From the NCBI GenBank assembly GCA_040222015.1, contig JAVJWO010000200.1:1-30433 (forward strand): DNA of 30,433 nt, read 5' to 3'. Under the pieces are notes generated by a model. It had not been told where the DNA came from. It worked only from the letters and a program-made list of their open reading frames with translations, and made no database searches. Shown one piece after another: positions 25,727 through 30,433 of the stretch. Source of the stretch: Coleofasciculus chthonoplastes F2-STO-03. Lineage in GTDB: Bacteria > Cyanobacteriota > Cyanobacteriia > Cyanobacteriales > Coleofasciculaceae. The stretch's first letter is position 1; each line of letters starts with the position of its first letter. Made by a program: the position numbers and the translations under genes.

Positions 25727-28700
25727 TTAGTTTTCTCCACTGGATAAACAATGAGCAATGATCAATTGTAAGTTTTCCACAAAACCTTGAGCGAGAGTCG
25801 CGATCGTTTTCCGTTGGTACAAATTCGTGCTGTAACTCCATCTCATCCGTAATCGTCCATGGGTGACATTCGCCGCAATATACAACGGACACATTCGGAT
25901 GCCGTTTAAATCTCGTTCTGGTCCTTTATTTTCGGGTACGGATGTAAATAGAGTAGAGGGTGAACCTCGGTCAAGCTGACCATGATAGTTAAAATTAACT
26001 TGAGCTTGGGGAAGTTCACGGATTTGTGGCGAAATCCTCTTGTCTTGGCAGAGATGATACAACAAACCAAAGCCGATACCCCGCTGAGGGATGCGACGCA
26101 ATTGCTTTTTGATCGAGAATAAAGCGGCTTCGGGTTCCCCCGGATTCTCTAGCTCTAATCGGGTGGGGAAGAGACTCGTAAACCAGCCCACAGTCCGAGA
26201 CAGATCCACATCAGGAAAGAGATCTTCACGACCATGACCTTCCAGTTCAACCAGAAGCGATCGCTCTCCCGTCCACTGGGAAAAGGATACCATGAGAGCT
26301 GTCAGTAAAACCTCCTGAATTTTTAGGTCATAAACGACCGGAAATTGTTCAAGTAATGCCGTTGTTTCCCATTGACTGAGCCAGAGAATTACTTGATCCG
26401 TCGATGCCTCTGTGTTGACCCCATCTGGATAGTCCACGGGCAACGGAGATAGGTCAGGTTTAATTGTCTCTAACCAATAGGTTGCCTCTTGATGCAGTTC
26501 GGGTGATTGAGCATACTGCCAGAGTTTCTTCGACCACGCTTGAAAAGACGTTGTTTTCGGCGGTAATTTCGCCGTCTCTCCCCGCTCAAGTTGCGAATAA
26601 ACGGTTTGGAAATCGGCGAGCAAAATGGATTGAGACACGACGTCAATGAGAAAGTGATGGAAAATCATCAACAAACGGTCAGCTTGTTGACTACCACAAT
26701 TAAAGTAGGCAACTCGGAATAAGGGACCATCAATCAGGTTTAAACTGGATTGTAATTCGACAGCAGCTGATTCAATTTCCTCTCGCTGCGCTTGTACTGT
26801 TAACGCTGACAAATCGATCACCGTTAACGGCACAGAAGCCTCCATTGGTGCATTCCGTTGTTGCCACCCCGCCTCCGAGTGATCAAACCGCAGGCGCAGA
26901 GCATCATGATGGCGAAGCAGGTAGTTGATCGTCTCTTCTAGCCGTGAAATGTCTAACCGTTGAGACAGTCCACATAAAAAAGACCAATTCCCATGGTGGG
27001 GATTGACCTGATGCCGCTCAAAAAACCAGTGTTGGATCGGTGTCAGGGGTATAGAACCTGTCACCATACCCTGTTCAGCCATAGAATGGGGCGTTGGAGA
27101 AGCTAACGCGGCTAACTCAGCAATGGTTTGGTGTTCAAAGAACTGCCGCAGAGTCAACTGTAAACCCGCTTGATTGGCACGGGCGATGATCTTAATCGTG
27201 AGAATCGAGTCGCCCCCCAATTCAAAGAAGTTATCGTGAATGCCAACCTGTTGAACGCCCAACACGTCCGTCCAGATTTGAGCCAGAACCACTTCGTTTG
27301 GGGTACGCGGTGCAACAACCTGACTGTCCAAGTCTCTTGAGATTGCCTCTGGTGTTGGCAAGGCACGGCGATCAACCTTACCATTCGAGGTTAACGGCAG
27401 ACTATCCAACCCAACAAAGGCTGAAGGAATCATGTAGTCCGGCAACTTCTCCTTCAGGAAGCCACGCAGATCATGAGTCGTTGGAGTCCCTTCACCAGGA
27501 ACCACATAAGCAACCAGACGTTTATCCCCAGGTTCCTCCTCTCTGGCAAGCACCACTACATCCCCCACGCTGGGATGTTGGCTGAGAACTGCTTCAATCT
27601 CTGCCAACTCAATGCGGAAGCCACGAATCTTCACCTGATAGTCAATTCGACCCAGAAACTCAATCGTGCCGTCGGGCAGATAACGAGCCAGATCTCCAGT
27701 CTGGTAGAGGCGTCCTTGACCGAAAGGATTGGGGATAAACCGCTTGGCGGTTAGTTCGGCGCGGTTCAGATAACCCCGGGCGACACCAGCACCACCAATA
27801 TAGAGTTCCCCAGGGACTCCAATGGGCAAGGGTTGCACAAACTGATCCAGGATATAAAGTTGAGTGTTAGCAATGGGACGTCCAATGGGGATCGCATCTG
27901 GGTGGAAGGCAGAATCTGTCACCTCATAAACACAACACCCAACCACCGTTTCAGTCGGTCCATATTCATTGATCAGTCTCGTCTGGGGAGCATGGGTTTG
28001 CCAGAATTCTAAACTCTTACTCAAAAGTGCCTCCCCACCAATCACAAAAGCTTGGGTGGACTTTGACAACTCCTGTGCAGGTAACAGTTGTGCCAGGATA
28101 TCCAGATGAGCTGGGGTGAGTTTAACCAGACTAAAATTACTTTGGCTGGCTAAGACCGCACCCAGGGCTTCAATCTCCTGGGCTTCTGAAAGTAGTACCA
28201 CCCGTTGTCCCACTAATAACGGTGAGAATAAACTGGTAATCGTGGCGTCAAAGCTAATCGAAGACTGAACCGGAGCGCCAGAGCCAGATGCCACGGCATA
28301 GGCTTGAGTACACCAACTCAGATAATTAACCACAGCCTGGTGGATGAGCATTGTCCCCTTGGGCTTGCCAGTCGATCCCGACGTGTAAATGACATACGCC
28401 AAGTTAGAAGCGTTAACACCACTCACCGGGTTAACGTCTCGCCCTTGAGAAATGACAGTCCAATCAGTATCTAAACAAACGACATGACCCACAGTTTTGG
28501 GTAGTGAGTCCCTCAACTTGCCCTGAGTCACCAACACGGGTAACTGAGAATCATCGACCATATAGGCGATGCGTTCTGCTGGATAAGCTGGGTCGAGGGG
28601 AACATAAGCACCACCCGCTTTTAATATCCCCAACAGTCCCACAACCATGTCCACGGAACGATCAATATAAATCCCCACCAGCACGTCCGGTTTCACACCC

Positions 28701-30433
28701 AGGGTTTGCAAATAATCAGCCAATTGATTCGCCCGACTATTTAACTCTCGATAAGTCAACTCCTGCCCTTCAAACACCACCGCCACAGCATCCGGTGTCT
28801 GTTCCACCTGTTCCTCAAACAAGTGATGGATGCACTTATCCTGGGGATACTCAGCTTGAGTCTGATTCCACTCCACCAATAGCTGATGCCGCTCCGCTTC
28901 ACTCAGCAAGGGGAACTGCCCCACAGTCTGTTGGGGATGAGCAACAATGGCGGCTAACAGCCTTTGGAAATGCCCGACCATGCGAGCTATGGTATCCGCC
29001 TCAAACAGGTCACTGTTATACTCCCAAGTCCCGATTAATCCTGTGTCTGTCTCACTCATCGACAGGGTTAAATCAAACTTCGCCACGGTGCGCTCTCTCT
29101 CCAGTGGCGTCAGCGTTAACTCCGGTAACTCCAGAGTTGGCGTTGGCGCATTATGCAGCACAAACATCACCTGAAACAAGGGATGATGACTTAAAGTTCT
29201 TTGCGGTTGCAGTGCGTCTACTAACTGCTCAAACGGTAAATCTTGGTGAGCATAGGCATCTAGAGTCATCTGCTGCACCCGCTCTAACAACTCAGAGAAC
29301 GTTGGATTATTCTCAAGGTCAACCCGCAGCACCAAGGTATTAATAAACAGACCAATCAGCGGCTCGATTTCCTGGCGGTTGCGGTTGGCAATGGGAGAAC
29401 CAATCACAATATCGTTTTGACGACTGTAGCGCGACAAGAGCAGAGCGAAAGCCGCTAGCAGGGTCATAAATAGGGTAGTCCCTGACTGCTGACTCAACTG
29501 CTTGAGCTGTTGAGTCAAATCCCGATTCAGTTTAAACCTCTGGCTGCTACCTCGGAAGGTTTGCACCGGGGGACGGGGTCGGTCAGTGGGCAGGTTCAGG
29601 AGTGTGGGGATTCCTGCCAATTGTTGCGTCCAGTAGCCCAGTTGCTGCTTGAGAATCTCTCCTTGTAGCCACTGGCGCTGCCAAAGGGCAAAGTCTGCAT
29701 ATTGGATGGATAGTTCCGGTAACCCAGAGGGCTGCTTGGATGCAAAGGCTTGGTAGAGAGTAGACAATTCTTGAATCAATAGACTCATTGACCAATCATC
29801 CGAGATGATATGGTGCATCGTCACCACCAGCACCTGACTATCCTGCCGAAGATTGAGCAGTATCAGACTGAGCAGAGGACCCGTTGCCAAATTAAAGGGT
29901 TGTTCGCTGTGGGACTTGACCTGGCGTTGTACTTCAGTTGTTTGCTCTGTACTCTCCAACCCGCACAAGTCCACAATTGCAATGGCTGTTTCTGTGCGTG
30001 GTGCAATCACCTGAACCGGAACTCCCTTGACCAAGGGAAAGGTGGTGCGTAAAATTTCATGGCGTTGAACCAGTTCCTGGTAGGCTTGCTCCAAGGCAAG
30101 GGTATCTAGCGTTCCGGCAATATGAACCGCTACCGCTATGTTGTAGGTGGCGCTAGCCCCTTCGAGTTGGTTTAAAAACCACAGCCGTTCTTGCGCCCAA
30201 GATAACGGTAAAAACTCAGTCGTTCTCGATGCGGATTCAATGGGCGGAATTACCTGTCCAGCCTCTGTCTGACGCCTTGTCTCGATTTCTTGAGCCAGAG
30301 CGGCGGGAGTAGGAGAGGAAAATAGGGTACGCAAGGGAAGTTCCAGATTAAAAGCCTCTCGCAACCGAGAAACCAGTTGAGTCGCCAACAGGGAGTGACC
30401 GCCGATGTCAAAGAAATTATCCTCCACCCCCAC
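25727..30433 (-). CDS. NRPS, 5'-truncated at window edge: PCP-C(LCL)-A(Asn)-PCP-E
   Basis: Begins inside a PCP (DNFFDIGGHSLL); C motif HHIISDD; A code read as DATKVGEVGK (Asn-type); PCP GGDSIL; E motifs PIQHWF, HHFLIDVVS, EGHGRE, RTVGWFT, RGIGFG, FNYHGQ. Confidence 0.94.
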   Translation of the reverse strand: MGVEDNFFDIGGHSLLATQLVSRLREAFNLELPLRTLFSSPTPAALAQEIETRRQTEAGQVIPPIESASRTTEFLPLSWAQERLWFLNQLEGASATYNIAVAVHIAGTLDTLALEQAYQELVQRHEILRTTFPLVKGVPVQVIAPRTETAIAIVDLCGLESTEQTTEVQRQVKSHSEQPFNLATGPLLSLILLNLRQDSQVLVVTMHHIISDDWSMSLLIQELSTLYQAFASKQPSGLPELSIQYADFALWQRQWLQGEILKQQLGYWTQQLAGIPTLLNLPTDRPRPPVQTFRGSSQRFKLNRDLTQQLKQLSQQSGTTLFMTLLAAFALLLSRYSRQNDIVIGSPIANRNRQEIEPLIGLFINTLVLRVDLENNPTFSELLERVQQMTLDAYAHQDLPFEQLVDALQPQRTLSHHPLFQVMFVLHNAPTPTLELPELTLTPLERERTVAKFDLTLSMSETDTGLIGTWEYNSDLFEADTIARMVGHFQRLLAAIVAHPQQTVGQFPLLSEAERHQLLVEWNQTQAEYPQDKCIHHLFEEQVEQTPDAVAVVFEGQELTYRELNSRANQLADYLQTLGVKPDVLVGIYIDRSVDMVVGLLGILKAGGAYVPLDPAYPAERIAYMVDDSQLPVLVTQGKLRDSLPKTVGHVVCLDTDWTVISQGRDVNPVSGVNASNLAYVIYTSGSTGKPKGTMLIHQAVVNYLSWCTQAYAVASGSGAPVQSSISFDATITSLFSPLLVGQRVVLLSEAQEIEALGAVLASQSNFSLVKLTPAHLDILAQLLPAQELSKSTQAFVIGGEALLSKSLEFWQTHAPQTRLINEYGPTETVVGCCVYEVTDSAFHPDAIPIGRPIANTQLYILDQFVQPLPIGVPGELYIGGAGVARGYLNRAELTAKRFIPNPFGQGRLYQTGDLARYLPDGTIEFLGRIDYQVKIRGFRIELAEIEAVLSQHPSVGDVVVLAREEEPGDKRLVAYVVPGEGTPTTHDLRGFLKEKLPDYMIPSAFVGLDSLPLTSNGKVDRRALPTPEAISRDLDSQVVAPRTPNEVVLAQIWTDVLGVQQVGIHDNFFELGGDSILTIKIIARANQAGLQLTLRQFFEHQTIAELAALASPTPHSMAEQGMVTGSIPLTPIQHWFFERHQVNPHHGNWSFLCGLSQRLDISRLEETINYLLRHHDALRLRFDHSEAGWQQRNAPMEASVPLTVIDLSALTVQAQREEIESAAVELQSSLNLIDGPLFRVAYFNCGSQQADRLLMIFHHFLIDVVSQSILLADFQTVYSQLERGETAKLPPKTTSFQAWSKKLWQYAQSPELHQEATYWLETIKPDLSPLPVDYPDGVNTEASTDQVILWLSQWETTALLEQFPVVYDLKIQEVLLTALMVSFSQWTGERSLLVELEGHGREDLFPDVDLSRTVGWFTSLFPTRLELENPGEPEAALFSIKKQLRRIPQRGIGFGLLYHLCQDKRISPQIRELPQAQVNFNYHGQLDRGSPSTLFTSVPENKGPERDLNGIRMCPLYIAANVTHGRLRMRWSYSTNLYQRKTIATLAQGFVENLQLIIAHCLSSGEN

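Larger units (their letters stand above)
1335..26264. repeat. Dispersed HIP1 octamer palindromes (GCGATCGC), about 19 copies
   Basis: Seen starting at approx. 1335, 1466, 1769, 6388, 7386, 7447, 10870, 11372, 12924, 13774, 15095, 16554, 18582, 18629, 20298, 21462, 22919, 23757, 26257. About 0.5 copies are expected by chance in 30 kb at 50% GC. Confidence 0.9.
1..30433 (-). other. Hybrid FAAL-PKS-NRPS lipopeptide biosynthetic gene cluster (internal portion, truncated at both window edges)
   Basis: Eight co-oriented minus-strand CDSs with short gaps (3, 31, 37, 29+ and 65 bp) or 4-bp overlaps. All encode assembly-line domains or tailoring oxygenases. Confidence 0.97.

Noticed and set aside
28504..29343. 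279-aa plus-strand ORF
   Set aside because: Lies fully antisense to conserved C/A domain sequence, has Pro/Ser/Thr-rich shadow-frame composition and no recognisable motif.
579..30052. Numerous 60-120 aa ORFs on both strands
   Set aside because: All are nested in or antisense to long NRPS/PKS reading frames and show no family motifs.
1..30433. Assigning named gene symbols (cyanochelin, puwainaphycin, microginin)
   Set aside because: Only architectural resemblance. There is no aminotransferase domain as in puw/mic, and orthology cannot be established without a search.
1..30433. RNA genes, CRISPR arrays, IS elements, terminators
   Set aside because: The window is almost entirely coding with very short spacers. 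No repeat-spacer pattern, transposase or convincing hairpin/U-tract was seen.

Overview
The whole 30.4-kb window is an internal part of one minus-strand, operon-like hybrid FAAL/PKS/NRPS biosynthetic gene cluster, almost certainly cyanobacterial (about 19 HIP1 GCGATCGC octamers by manual count). In transcription order (right to left): 5'-truncated NRPS [PCP-C-A(Asn)-PCP-E]; small 2OG-Fe(II) oxygenase; FAAL-ACP-KS-AT-DH(N-half); luciferase-like monooxygenase(LLM)-DH(C-half)-KR-ACP; NRPS [dock-C-A(Thr)-PCP-Cy-A(Cys)/Ox-PCP]; Asp/Asn beta-hydroxylase; NRPS [dock-C-A(Asp)-PCP-E-COM]; and a 3'-truncated NRPS [DCL-C-A(Pro-clade, atypical)-PCP] that the ORF track omits. The inferred partial product is hydroxy-acyl-Thr-thiazole-D-(beta-OH)Asp-(Pro-like)-..., a lipopeptide that could be a beta-OH-Asp metallophore. 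No TE, MbtH, transporter or regulator is in view. The most unusual element is a PKS dehydratase split across two genes with an LLM domain at the break. Substrate codes were read by manual motif alignment and no database searches were run.
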